Shown here in pieces: positions 1 to 10,219 of a stretch of 64,000 nucleotides of DNA. The translations under genes were made by a program, and so were the position numbers. How positions within the stretch are numbered: the first letter of the stretch is position 1; each line of letters starts with the position of its first letter. Source of the stretch: Promethearchaeota archaeon (GTDB lineage Archaea > Asgardarchaeota > Heimdallarchaeia > Hodarchaeales > Hodarchaeaceae); contig JBHLMN010000012.1 in the NCBI GenBank assembly GCA_048938105.1, positions 141,158-205,157 of the forward strand, read 5' to 3'. A model generated the notes under the pieces. It made no database searches, was not told the origin of the DNA, and saw nothing but the letters and a program-made list of their open reading frames with translations.

Positions 1-198
1 TGAAACAGTTGCTCTGTTTAATTGTGTTAATTTAATTATTTGATTTTGATCAAGTGCGTCCCCTTCCATTAGTAAAGCGAATAGAATCCTTACTAGATTT
101 GAATCAAACCAAGTTAATGTCTGCTCCATAAAGATAAGGTAATTTCTCTTCATATCTAAGAAAGGTGATTGACTAACAACTGTTTTCATTAAATTCAT
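1..198 (-). CDS. Partial winged-HTH transcriptional regulator (GbsR/MarR-like), runs off the window edge
   Basis: Manual translation from ATG at 198: MNLMKTVV...RILFALLMEGDALDQNQIIKLTQLNRATVS, open to position 1; divergent from the ABC operon. Confidence 0.6.
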   Translation of the reverse strand, partial: MNLMKTVVSQSPFLDMKRNYLIFMEQTLTWFDSNLVRILFALLMEGDALDQNQIIKLTQLNRATVS

Positions 199-240
199 GT
201 CCAAAGAGAAGATAAGTAGATAATTTTAAATGTTTTATTT

Positions 241-276
241 TTTCTAGCATTTATGAAATTTCTGGCATTTTCGAAA
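241..276. promoter_or_regulatory. Tandem 18-bp imperfect repeat (TTTC-N10-GAAA x2), putative operator
   Basis: tttctagcatttatgaaa / tttctggcattttcgaaa, 15/18 identical, in the divergent regulator-ABC spacer. Confidence 0.45.
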
Positions 277-347
277 AATATAAAAACACTTGCTTAAGTT
301 CTGTCAATTGCGATAGTCATGCAAAAAAAATTGATTAGGTCTTAAAA

Positions 348-1235
348 ATGAATGAACCAAAAATAAAAATCCAAGATCTAACAAAATATTATGGTAAATC
401 TCGTGGGATTGAAAACTTATCCCTTGAAATCAAGGAAGGTGAAATATTTGGCTTCCTTGGTCCGAATGGGGCCGGTAAAACAACAACGATTCGCTGTATG
501 ATGAGTATTCTCCTACCTACATCAGGAAATATTTGGATCAATGGTAACAAGGTTACTAGAAAGAACCCTGAAATACGGGAGAATATCGGATATATTCCTG
601 GAGAATTTATCCTTCCAGAAAATTATACTGTAAATGAATTTCTCTCCTACATTCAAAACATGCGTAAAAATCCGAGTAAACGACGAAATGAGCTTGTTGA
701 ACGATTCGCATTACCTCCGAAGAAAAAGATAGGAGAGCTCTCTAAAGGAAATAAACAAAAAGTAGGCATTGTGGCTGCGCTTATGCATGATCCAGATGTC
801 TTAATACTAGATGAGCCAACCTCAGGCCTCGATCCACTTCTTCAACAGGAACTTTATGAGCTCCTTTTAGAATCGAAAAAACAAGGAAAAACCATTTTTA
901 TTAGCAGTCACAATCTTTCCGAGGTACAAAGAATTTGTGATAGAGTTGCAATCATCAAAGAAGGTGCTTTAATTAAGGTTGAAGAGATTCACACTCTTAA
1001 TAAAAACGTATCAAGGATATTGGAAGCACAACTTAACAACCCTGATGAAGAACAGCTGAAATCTCTCGGTGCCAATCTTCTTGAAATACAAAAAGATAGA
1101 GTCCGCATATTAATTCCACAATCAGCTTCGATCAAACCTTTTCTTGAGAAACTTCTCTTAATGGAACCTGAAGAACTATCTTACCCTCCTGCAAGTCTTG
1201 AAGACTATTTTATGCAATTTTATAAGACTCAATAA
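348..1235 (+). CDS. ABC-2 type exporter ATP-binding subunit
   Basis: Walker A GPNGAGKTT, signature LSKGNKQ, Walker B ILDEP, H-loop SSH. Confidence 0.95.
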   Translation: MNEPKIKIQDLTKYYGKSRGIENLSLEIKEGEIFGFLGPNGAGKTTTIRCMMSILLPTSGNIWINGNKVTRKNPEIRENIGYIPGEFILPENYTVNEFLSYIQNMRKNPSKRRNELVERFALPPKKKIGELSKGNKQKVGIVAALMHDPDVLILDEPTSGLDPLLQQELYELLLESKKQGKTIFISSHNLSEVQRICDRVAIIKEGALIKVEEIHTLNKNVSRILEAQLNNPDEEQLKSLGANLLEIQKDRVRILIPQSASIKPFLEKLLLMEPEELSYPPASLEDYFMQFYKTQ

Positions 1236-1249
1236 TAGGAGGCAGTAGA

Positions 1250-2950
1250 ATGTACGTTCCTAAATTCGTTGAACTCTATTATCTTCGTTTTTTACGGCAT
1301 AAAACTGTTTTTGGGCTTTCTATTATACTTTTTTCTGCTATCACTCTATTTTTCCCGTTAATTTATCCTGGCGAAGAGTCAATGCAGAATATTGTAATTT
1401 ATTATGAGAGATTTGTCGGAGAACTTGAATATGATAATCCTGGATTTCATATATGGACAATTATTGCAGCAGGTATGGTAATTAGTATTTATTTACCACT
1501 GACAGCCATCCTTCTTGGAGTCAATATTTTGCCAATTGCTGAGAAGGATGGGAAAGAACTCTTATTTTCGACACCTAAATCACTTACAAAGGATTTTCTA
1601 GAGAATTCAATTCTATTAATTAGCTTAATTTGGCTTATTTGCATTCCAAGTTACCTATTATCATTATTTTTTCTTCTCATTAATAATAATGTTGATTCAA
1701 TTGTAAATTTAACAATTAGCTTTGTTATTGGAGGATTTCTTGCCAGTTTTATTGCTTTTCTAACTGCTTTTGGTTGTTCATTTTCCTTCTCTAAAAGAAT
1801 AGGTTATCTTTTTGGTGGAGGTTATACTGTAATGGGATTTTTTTCAGATATGGCTTTAAGAAATAATGAAGATTTTGAGGCCCTGTTGGAATTAAACCTA
1901 TTTTCCAGAGCTAAAAGTACCCAAAATGCGATCATGGGAACTTGGAATGAGGAATTCCTTCTTTTTACACTCCTCCTAATAATCATTTTGATTATTCTGT
2001 CCATTTTATTGATCTATCGAAAGGATTTCATTGAAGGTGGTTATAGAAAATCAATAATTGATGAACCTGGGATAGAAGGTCAAAAGATCACTGAAAAATT
2101 TTCAATAATCAAGCTTCCTCTTGATAAGCTAATTGGAAGTCTCGGATGGAGATTTCCTGCTTTACGTGATCAATTACATTCAATGGTTGGAATAATGACT
2201 GTCTTTTTAATAGTTACAATTGGTCTTACAATTATGCAAGGAGCTACATACGAAGGAGAGGTAAAAACAGCTGCTACTTTTGCTAGCATTGATATCCCCT
2301 TTATTGATGCAGCCTTATTCAATTATAAACTAAAACCAACCCTAGAAGGTTGGTTTACCCTTGAGTTTCTGGCCTGGGCTTGGATGATACCTTTTGGCCC
2401 TTTTATACTAATTGTTATAAACAATATTATTTTCAGAGACAAAAAAGAGCGAATCGCAGAAATCACATGGGTACTCCCACAAAGTGAAACAAAAATAATG
2501 TTCAATAGAACTATTGCTGCATTAATCGGTCTTATAACCTTGTTCATTTTTAGTTTTCTAGCTTTTACTCTTGTGGATTTTGGGCTTGAAAATAATGGTG
2601 ATCTCGTTAATGCAGCTGCAAGCTATTTGATCTTTATGTGGGGGTACTGTGTGTTTTTCATTGCTTTTCTATCCTTAGCACTTCTGGTTCCTTATAGACA
2701 TGCTCAAAAAACGTTATTACTCGGATTTACTATCAGTATTCTTCTTCTTTTAGCTGGATTTATAACTGATAACTTCTTACTGCTGGCTTTAACTCCATTA
2801 AGCTATTTTGACTATATGGGGATATTTTTAGGCGAAAAAACTTTGATAGATGTTCTACCTAATGCTTTGATTTGTTCATCTATTGTTATCGTATTCTATG
2901 TTGTTGTACTAAAGAAAATTGTATCCACGAGAGATAGATTAGTTCAATAG
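1250..2950 (+). CDS. ABC exporter permease with duplicated membrane domain
   Basis: About 12 hydrophobic segments in two halves; directly follows the ATPase; GGAGG upstream. Confidence 0.8.
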   Translation: MYVPKFVELYYLRFLRHKTVFGLSIILFSAITLFFPLIYPGEESMQNIVIYYERFVGELEYDNPGFHIWTIIAAGMVISIYLPLTAILLGVNILPIAEKDGKELLFSTPKSLTKDFLENSILLISLIWLICIPSYLLSLFFLLINNNVDSIVNLTISFVIGGFLASFIAFLTAFGCSFSFSKRIGYLFGGGYTVMGFFSDMALRNNEDFEALLELNLFSRAKSTQNAIMGTWNEEFLLFTLLLIIILIILSILLIYRKDFIEGGYRKSIIDEPGIEGQKITEKFSIIKLPLDKLIGSLGWRFPALRDQLHSMVGIMTVFLIVTIGLTIMQGATYEGEVKTAATFASIDIPFIDAALFNYKLKPTLEGWFTLEFLAWAWMIPFGPFILIVINNIIFRDKKERIAEITWVLPQSETKIMFNRTIAALIGLITLFIFSFLAFTLVDFGLENNGDLVNAAASYLIFMWGYCVFFIAFLSLALLVPYRHAQKTLLLGFTISILLLLAGFITDNFLLLALTPLSYFDYMGIFLGEKTLIDVLPNALICSSIVIVFYVVVLKKIVSTRDRLVQ

Positions 2951-2990
2951 TCTTCTTTCTCTTTTTTTCTTTTATACTAAGAGATAAATA

Positions 2991-3632
2991 TCATATCAAA
3001 GAGAATTGAATCACTACAAAGAGCATGATACTAAATGTAATTACTGAAATCACTGTGTCGAATTTTCCTGTCTTTAGAAATGGGATAAATAATGGAGTTT
3101 TGCTTTTATAACTAGTATAATCAGCGCCAAATTTCTTCAATAGGTACTGATCTTCTATAAGTGCAAGAATAATATAAGCCAGTAGTTGTAAATACCATAG
3201 TATTATTGTTTCTTCCGCTGACAGCCAACTCATACCAAAAAAGAAAGTAATATAAAAATAACTCCACCCTGTCAAGCCAATTGTCAAAAGTAGAAGACCA
3301 GTATACTGGGGATGTCTTATAAATCGATAAGGGCCAGAGGTGACTAATCCCCTTCTCTTTTTTACGCCGAGATAAACAATTGAATAAATTATCAATACAA
3401 CGCTTATCATAATCAAAATTTTCCCAAAGAATACCTCATTAAAATTGAGAAGGCTGGCATAGCCTTCAATGATACTGCTAGAAAGATTGGGAACCAAGGC
3501 ACCCAATAACAGAATTACAGGAGCAGCCATGAGTGGTATCCATACCCAGATTCCTGGAAGTTGCTGAACTAAAAGAAATAAATATCCAGCCGTGCCAAAA
3601 ACAATAGCTTGAGCTCTCTCTAGTTTTTTCAT
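2991..3632 (-). CDS. Isoprenylcysteine carboxyl methyltransferase/PEMT-family membrane methyltransferase
   Basis: LVTSGPYRFIRHPQY motif and E-x-x-L...FG..Y..Y tail. Confidence 0.85.
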   Translation of the reverse strand: MKKLERAQAIVFGTAGYLFLLVQQLPGIWVWIPLMAAPVILLLGALVPNLSSSIIEGYASLLNFNEVFFGKILIMISVVLIIYSIVYLGVKKRRGLVTSGPYRFIRHPQYTGLLLLTIGLTGWSYFYITFFFGMSWLSAEETIILWYLQLLAYIILALIEDQYLLKKFGADYTSYKSKTPLFIPFLKTGKFDTVISVITFSIMLFVVIQFSLI

Positions 3633-3956
3633 TGAACATCATCTCTATCTTATGCAAATTTTCTAGTCTAACCTCATTTCCTACGTTTAAAACCATAAAA
3701 ACTACCTCTTATAAGCCTATAGTTTTCTGCAAGTTGGGAGATAAAAGAGATGAATTAGTACACTTGTCCTAATGGATAGAACAAAGCATTTCACATTGTG
3801 GTTCCTCTGTTCGACTTTTGATACATTTTCATTACATGTATGTTTACGGAATGAAATAAGATCTAACTAAGACATTTGTAATAGAATCTAGTTTTTATTA
3901 CCTAACAGCAATGTTTTTCAGGAGATCTTTACTAGATTTTCTCTTGAGGTAGAAAA

Positions 3957-4541
3957 TTGGATAAAATGCTCTTAGAAATTCCATCAATGATAGAGACCAA
4001 ACAATTAATCATCAGAAAGTACAAAAAAGGTGATGGGATGCCACTTCTTGAATTATTTGAAAGAAACGATAATCGTGAGCATCTAAAAGATCATGTGTAT
4101 GAAGCATCCACTATAATGACCCAAGAAGAGGCAGAAATTAGAGTTAGGCGTTTTATTGCCTCTTGGGTCGCACGAAAGAGATTTGTTTTGGGTGTATGGT
4201 TAAAAGCTTCGAACCTATATATTGGCCAAATCTGGATCGAACCCAAAAAATGGGAAGTTCCCTCATTCGAGCTGGGATGGTTTTTAGACCGATCTTATCA
4301 GGGACAAGGATTAGCAACAGAAGCAGCGAGAAGAGCAATTGAATTTCTTTTTAATGATTTGAAAGCTCATAAAATCATCATTTTAACTCGTGATGACAAT
4401 GTGAGAAGCTATAAACTAGCTGAAAGATGTGGATTTACCAAAGAAGGGTATCTTAAGGATCATGGTATTAAAAATGGTAAAAGATATGGGTTATTTTGCT
4501 ACAGGTTGTTAAAACCCGACTATAAAATCAAAAATGACTGA
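3957..4541 (+). CDS. GNAT acetyltransferase, RimJ/RimL family
   Basis: ELGWFLDRSYQGQGLATEA, N..S..LAERCGF..EG. Confidence 0.9.
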   Translation: MDKMLLEIPSMIETKQLIIRKYKKGDGMPLLELFERNDNREHLKDHVYEASTIMTQEEAEIRVRRFIASWVARKRFVLGVWLKASNLYIGQIWIEPKKWEVPSFELGWFLDRSYQGQGLATEAARRAIEFLFNDLKAHKIIILTRDDNVRSYKLAERCGFTKEGYLKDHGIKNGKRYGLFCYRLLKPDYKIKND

Positions 4542-4604
4542 TTATGGTTTTTCTGCAGTATAAGAGTTAGTATTTAGATTTCAATTCCTTATTCAATCAT
4601 CTTT

Positions 4605-5546
4605 TTAGCTTAATATTTCAATTAATTTGACCAAATCCTCTTTATTGATGGCAACAACATCTGCTTCAGGAAATATATTGCGGTTGTTTTCTGAAATTCC
4701 CTGTCCTCCGATTGCAATACGAATTTGGTTTTTGAAAACATTATGTAAATACTCTAAATTTCGTTTAAGAGTACCAAGATATAACGGAAGGGTAATGGAG
4801 ATAAATATCCAATCAGGTAATTCAGGAAGATCTTTGATATATTTGATTAAGGATTGGATGGGTAAAGCTCGCCCCAGATTAATAATCTTGTAATTTAAAT
4901 CCCGAAGAATATATTCTAAGGCAAATAAACTGAGAACATGTCTTTCACCTTCTACAGGTACTAAAATGATAATTCCTTTTTCCTCTATATTTTCATTTAC
5001 TGGTATTCTTGCAACGATTAGCTCTTCAACGCGATTAGAAATAATGTGTTCTTCCGCAGTTGAAAGATTCGCTTGAGCCCATTGTACACCGACCTCATGC
5101 ATTAGTGGTGTGATAAAATCAACAATAAAGGGTGTACTATTAGGAAACATTGATTCTATGTTTACTGAGAACTCCTCAACATCATAATTTGATGATTTCA
5201 GATATCTGATCATTTCTTGTATGGAGGCTAATTTTAAAACAGAGGGTTTTTCTATTCTTCCTTTCTCCTCAGGCTTCTTCTTTTCTTTTAATATCTCATT
5301 CTCATGTATATATAGTTCTTTGATTAGATCATCAGTTAAATATACAACAGTATACCGCCCCCGTTTAAGTGGGCGTCGTTCGATTTCGATATAACCTTGT
5401 AAATTTAGTTCTTTTATGGCATTAGAAATTGTTGAACGTTTAAGATCTAAATTGGATGCAAGTTCAGAAACAGGGACTTCCCTTCCGCGATTTTGCCTTA
5501 AGTATCGAAAAATACGATCTCTGGCTGGTAATTGGACATTTTCCAT
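4605..5546 (-). CDS. CarH/LitR-like cobalamin-dependent photoreceptor regulator with N-terminal winged HTH
   Basis: wHTH (VSELASNLDLKRSTISNAIKEL); W-x9-EH motif (W-AQANLSTAE-EH); B12-binding GERH..., ISIT, IGGQG; adjacent to crt genes. Confidence 0.85.
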   Translation of the reverse strand: MENVQLPARDRIFRYLRQNRGREVPVSELASNLDLKRSTISNAIKELNLQGYIEIERRPLKRGRYTVVYLTDDLIKELYIHENEILKEKKKPEEKGRIEKPSVLKLASIQEMIRYLKSSNYDVEEFSVNIESMFPNSTPFIVDFITPLMHEVGVQWAQANLSTAEEHIISNRVEELIVARIPVNENIEEKGIIILVPVEGERHVLSLFALEYILRDLNYKIINLGRALPIQSLIKYIKDLPELPDWIFISITLPLYLGTLKRNLEYLHNVFKNQIRIAIGGQGISENNRNIFPEADVVAINKEDLVKLIEILS

Positions 5547-5615
5547 AAGGCATTGTTACCTTCTTATTGATATTCTTATGATTTCTTCATGACTTACTCT
5601 TATTTTATGAACCAG

Positions 5616-6560
5616 CTAAAGTTTACGAAGGTACTCTAAACGTACTTTAGTTGCCAAAATAATCTTTCTTAGTTTAGAAACAACTGCCCGTTGATTTAAT
5701 ATTTGATAATCAATTCTTTTTATCTCATTTAGAATTTCCCCATAGACTCTTGAGGCCACTTTTACAGTATAAGCTCCTGCAGGTGGTAATTCCTCAATAC
5801 CAAGATCAGCTATCTTATAAAGAGCTTTCGCTCGCTCTGATTCGTAACGAATGAGTGATTTGAGGTTCTCATTCACTTTATCACCCCTTAGATCCTCAAT
5901 CGTAACCTGATAATCATTCCGAGTTTCTTCTGGTAGATATATTCGCCCCTTGAGGAAATCCTCTTTGATATCTCTTAATATATTGGTTAATTGCATTGCT
6001 CTACCTAGATCTGCAGCTCGTGCTAGAGTTCGTTTTTCTGGATTTTTGATGAAGATGTGAGTCATCATTAAACCAACAGTACTTGCAACCCGATACATGT
6101 ATAAGTCAAGTTCTTCTTCTGAATAGTACTCGGTTTTTATAAGATCCATTCTCACACCTTCTATAAGCTCATGCATGTAATTAACTGGAATTTGATGTTT
6201 ACGTAACGTATCTCCAAAGGCATGAAGGATAGGATTTGTAGAGCTATATCCATTGGCCAATTTTGTTATAGTACTTTTCAATCGATCAAGTTCAAAATTA
6301 ATCTTATCAATCGTAATCCCCTTAGGGGCTTCATCAACTATATCATCACTTAAACGACATATAGCATAGAGAGCAGCAACGCTTTTACGCTGATCTTCAG
6401 GTAAAAATCGACTAGCGAAATAGAATGACTTGCTATGCTCTATCATCCAGTCTAGACAGATTTGATAGCTTTCTTCAAGTGTTTCATCCATCAAACTATG
6501 TTTAGGTGTCGTACTTTTGGGAAGAAGTTCCCAATCAATTGTTTTGTGAGTTGAATACAT
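5616..6560 (-). CDS. crtB: Phytoene synthase
   Basis: SKSFYFAS, DDIVD, YRVASTVG, LGRAMQLTNILRDIKED..GRIYLP. Confidence 0.92.
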   Translation of the reverse strand: MYSTHKTIDWELLPKSTTPKHSLMDETLEESYQICLDWMIEHSKSFYFASRFLPEDQRKSVAALYAICRLSDDIVDEAPKGITIDKINFELDRLKSTITKLANGYSSTNPILHAFGDTLRKHQIPVNYMHELIEGVRMDLIKTEYYSEEELDLYMYRVASTVGLMMTHIFIKNPEKRTLARAADLGRAMQLTNILRDIKEDFLKGRIYLPEETRNDYQVTIEDLRGDKVNENLKSLIRYESERAKALYKIADLGIEELPPAGAYTVKVASRVYGEILNEIKRIDYQILNQRAVVSKLRKIILATKVRLEYLRKL

Positions 6561-6695
6561 TTTCTAATTCACTTATTAATATTTCATGAATTAGTTCAAC
6601 TTCATGAATAAACATTTAAATATTTTTCGAATGTAGGTAATCAATCAAAAAAGTGTCATTTGTCAAGTAGACATTACTTTTTTGGATAAATAAAA

Positions 6696-8279
6696 GTGAG
6701 AAAAATGAGTAATGGACATAATAAACGTAATATAGCCTTTGATAATAAAAACCCTGAAACGTTTCTCGAATCAGTGGTAATTATAGGCTCTGGGATTGGT
6801 GGACTGGCGGCGGGAATACGCCTTCAGACAACAGGAAAATTTAATGTTACTATTATAGAAAAACTAGACCAAGTTGGTGGTCGGGCCAGAGTCTTTAAAG
6901 ATCAAGGGTTTACTTTTGATGGAGGTCCTACGGTAATAACTGTACCTGACATTTTTAAGGATTTATTTACTTTACCTGGTCGAAAAATGGAGGATTATGT
7001 CGAATTAATACCAGTGGAGCCGTTTTATCGAATCCATTTTAACGATGGGACATTTTTTGATTATTCTACTCCGGAAAAAAATATACCTCAAATTGAAAAA
7101 GTAAATCCTGAAGATGTAGAAGGATATAAACGCATGCTTAAAGCAGTTCGACCGATCTACGAGAAGGGGTTCAAAGAATTATCATTTAAACCTTTTAACA
7201 AGTTTACTTCAATGCTTAAAGTAGCTCCCTCCCTCATCAAGTTACAATCATACCGTTCAAATTATAAATTTGTCTCTAAATATATAAAAAATGAGAATCT
7301 CCGAATGGTATTTAGTTTTCACCCTTTACTTATTGGGGGGAATCCTTTCTCGGTTCCATCAATTTATAGTCTTATTCAATACCTGGAAAAAGAATTTGGA
7401 GTTTGGTTTGTGCGTGGTGGTACAAATGCTTTAGTTCAGGCGTTAGCAAACTTATTTGAGGAGCTTGGGGGTAAAATCATTTTGAATAGTGAGGTTAAAA
7501 AAATTGAAGTTAAAGATAATCAAGTAGAGGGCGTTTTAACTGTTTCGAATGATTTTTATCCAAGTAAAATCGTAATAAGTAATGCTGACCCCGCTTTTAC
7601 ATACACAAAAATGATTGATGCAGAGTGGCGCAGGAAAAACAGTGATAAGCGTTATAAAAAAGCGAAATATTCTATGGGATTAGTTGTAATTTATTTTGGA
7701 ACGAAAAGACAATATCCAAATATGAAACATCACACTATTATTTTGGGTCCCCGGTATAAAGGACTAATAGAAGATATTTTCAAGAAAAAGATTTTAGCAG
7801 AAGATTTTTCGAGCTATTTACATCTCCCCACTCGGACTGATCCAAGTTTAGCTCCTGAAGGACATGAAGCCTTTTATATCCTGATTCCCGTCCCTCATCA
7901 AGATTCTGGTATTAATTGGGAAGAAATGGCTGAACCATTTAAACAACGAATCTTTGATTTTCTGAATGAAAATTATCTCCCTGAACTAAAAGAGAACTTA
8001 GTGACAGAGCGAATTTTTACTCCTCTAGATTTTGAACGAGACTATAATAGCTTTAAAGGATCTGGTTTTTCTGTTGAACCAATTTTTACTCAATCAGCGT
8101 GGTTCCGTCCACATAACAAATCTGAAGATATTGATGGTCTTTATTTAGTGGGTGCTGGAACCCATCCAGGAGCAGGATTGCCTGGAGTTGTCTCCAGTGC
8201 AAAAGTAACCACAGATTTGATCATCAATGGGAAAAATGGATTTTCAAAAAAACCCTCTGGAATAAGTAATGCTAATTAG
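6696..8279 (+). CDS. crtI: Phytoene desaturase
   Basis: GSGIGG FAD motif, GGRA..F..GFTFDGGPTVIT, C-terminal VGAGTHPGAGLPGV; possible ATG start at 6705. Confidence 0.92.
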   Translation: MRKMSNGHNKRNIAFDNKNPETFLESVVIIGSGIGGLAAGIRLQTTGKFNVTIIEKLDQVGGRARVFKDQGFTFDGGPTVITVPDIFKDLFTLPGRKMEDYVELIPVEPFYRIHFNDGTFFDYSTPEKNIPQIEKVNPEDVEGYKRMLKAVRPIYEKGFKELSFKPFNKFTSMLKVAPSLIKLQSYRSNYKFVSKYIKNENLRMVFSFHPLLIGGNPFSVPSIYSLIQYLEKEFGVWFVRGGTNALVQALANLFEELGGKIILNSEVKKIEVKDNQVEGVLTVSNDFYPSKIVISNADPAFTYTKMIDAEWRRKNSDKRYKKAKYSMGLVVIYFGTKRQYPNMKHHTIILGPRYKGLIEDIFKKKILAEDFSSYLHLPTRTDPSLAPEGHEAFYILIPVPHQDSGINWEEMAEPFKQRIFDFLNENYLPELKENLVTERIFTPLDFERDYNSFKGSGFSVEPIFTQSAWFRPHNKSEDIDGLYLVGAGTHPGAGLPGVVSSAKVTTDLIINGKNGFSKKPSGISNAN

Positions 8280-9103
8280 TGGAAGAAATTGTAATGTTAA
8301 CATATTTCATCTTCCTCCTTTTCTTTATTGTTATACCTTTGATGGTAATCAGTTTTTTTTATTATAAGAAATATCGTGGAGGGGAAGAATATCAAAAAAC
8401 GATGATAAAAAAAATCTTAATTGTGTTAGCGATATTAATAATTGTAGCTATTACTTATACTACTCCATGGGATAATTTTCTCGTCGAAAATGGCATTTGG
8501 TATTATGAGACATCGAAAGTTATGGGTATTTTAATTGGTTTTGTACCCATTGAAGAATATGGCTTTTTCGTATTGCAGACTCTCTTTATTGGATTGCTAT
8601 TCGGATGGATTCTGCTTCATAGAAAGAAAATCAGTCATAATCAGAATAATTTTAGAGTTAATTTACGCCTGATTTCAGCGATTGGGCTACTTATTGTTTG
8701 GATTGTAGGATTTCTTGCATTTATTAACAGAATAGAAACTTTAACTTATCTGAATTTAATCCTTTTATGGGGAATACCTCCAATAATGATTCAACTGATC
8801 TATGGCGCTGATATTCTCTGGTTGTACAATCGAGACCTTATCTCAGTCATCTCTCTCTCAACTATTTACTTAGCTATTGCAGATACTATTGCGATTGCAG
8901 ATGGAATCTGGACAATTAGTATAAATACATCAACAGGGATTCTTTTGGCTGGAGTTTTACCTATTGAAGAGTTTGTCTTTTTCTTGGTCACTAATATATT
9001 AATTACTTTTGGATTAACCTTAATGATTGATTCTAGGAGTATTGATAGATTTCATCAATACTTTTCTAGATTAAAAGAACACAAGTGGAGAAATAAGTTA
9101 TGA
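8279..9103 (+). CDS. crtY: Membrane lycopene cyclase, two fused CrtYc/CrtYd-type domains
   Basis: Two repeats of D..I..GIW...G..PIEE..FF (PIEEYGFF, PIEEFVFF); overlaps the crtI stop codon. Confidence 0.85.
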   Translation: MEEIVMLTYFIFLLFFIVIPLMVISFFYYKKYRGGEEYQKTMIKKILIVLAILIIVAITYTTPWDNFLVENGIWYYETSKVMGILIGFVPIEEYGFFVLQTLFIGLLFGWILLHRKKISHNQNNFRVNLRLISAIGLLIVWIVGFLAFINRIETLTYLNLILLWGIPPIMIQLIYGADILWLYNRDLISVISLSTIYLAIADTIAIADGIWTISINTSTGILLAGVLPIEEFVFFLVTNILITFGLTLMIDSRSIDRFHQYFSRLKEHKWRNKL

Positions 9104-9220
9104 CCAGTAGAATTTTTGTACAGGAATTGTATACATGCTTCAAAAATTTAGAAAACTGCAATATGAAGATATATTGGGAATACCTCCCTTTCTTTAACTC
9201 ACACAATTTGAGGTAATTTC

Positions 9221-9673
9221 ATGTTAAATAACGTAATAGAATATCTTAATGAGTCTGTAATACCTTTGCGGCTTTCTGGTACCACTAAATCAGGCTGGCC
9301 ATTTGTAATGAGCCTTTGGTATGTTTATTTAAATGAAAAAATTTACTTAGCAACTATAAAATCAGCTAAAGTCGTTGATTATCTTTCTAATAACCCCAAA
9401 TGTGCTTTTGAAATTGCCAGTGATACTCCACCTTATTGTGGGATTCGAGGACAAGCAATGGCAAAAATTATTGAATCTAAGGGGGATGAAATTCTAAAAA
9501 TCCTTCTAAATCGTTATCTAGGAGGAGAAAATAGTCCTTTAGCCCGAAGACTGTTGAATCAACGTATACCAGAGGTTGCGATTGAGCTTACTCCTGTTAA
9601 AGTGTATCAATGGGATTATAGTAAGCGAATGATTGACTCGATTGAATTTTCTTCAGTTAAAAAGTGTCCATAA
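9221..9673 (+). CDS. Pyridoxamine 5'-phosphate oxidase-like (split-barrel flavin-binding) protein
   Basis: GWPFVMSLWY, K..YL..NPKCAF, RGQA, WDY. Confidence 0.75.
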   Translation: MLNNVIEYLNESVIPLRLSGTTKSGWPFVMSLWYVYLNEKIYLATIKSAKVVDYLSNNPKCAFEIASDTPPYCGIRGQAMAKIIESKGDEILKILLNRYLGGENSPLARRLLNQRIPEVAIELTPVKVYQWDYSKRMIDSIEFSSVKKCP

Positions 9674-9710
9674 ATAAGAACGATAAAAAAACCAGTAAAA
9701 AGGTGATATT

Positions 9711-10130
9711 ATGTCAGATATCAAATATTCTGCTGGAGTATGCAATATCGGTGACGCTGAAATAAAACAAAGACGTCGATTAGGATATATAGGCATTGGT
9801 CTTACTGTGATAGCAATTATTGTATATTTAGGATTGATTTATTCTATAAAATTAGATCCATTCTTTGGAGTGATTATTTTCATACCTGCTGAAATGTCAG
9901 CTATTGGGTTAATTCAAGCTAGGAACAAATTTTGCGCTGCTTATGGATTGATTCACCAACAGAACGTTTCCTCAAGCTTAGGCTTAACTGTGAAAATAGG
10001 CAATAAAAATTCCCAGAGAAAGGATAGGAACAAAGCTCTTAAAATTATTTTTCAATCCCTAGTAATTGCGATTATCATTACTGTTTTTACAGTTATTGGA
10101 GGGATTTTGATAGCTCAAAGTATTATTTAG
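9711..10130 (+). CDS. Small membrane protein with two Cys motifs (GVCNIG, KFCAAYG)
   Basis: Three hydrophobic segments; AGGTGA upstream; function unknown. Confidence 0.6.
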   Translation: MSDIKYSAGVCNIGDAEIKQRRRLGYIGIGLTVIAIIVYLGLIYSIKLDPFFGVIIFIPAEMSAIGLIQARNKFCAAYGLIHQQNVSSSLGLTVKIGNKNSQRKDRNKALKIIFQSLVIAIIITVFTVIGGILIAQSII

Positions 10131-10219
10131 GTTTGAATATAGGTTGAAAAAAAGCATAAGAGATAAATATGAATCAAATCAATATACTCAATCTTAGGGA
10201 GAGGATTTTTCCTACTCCA

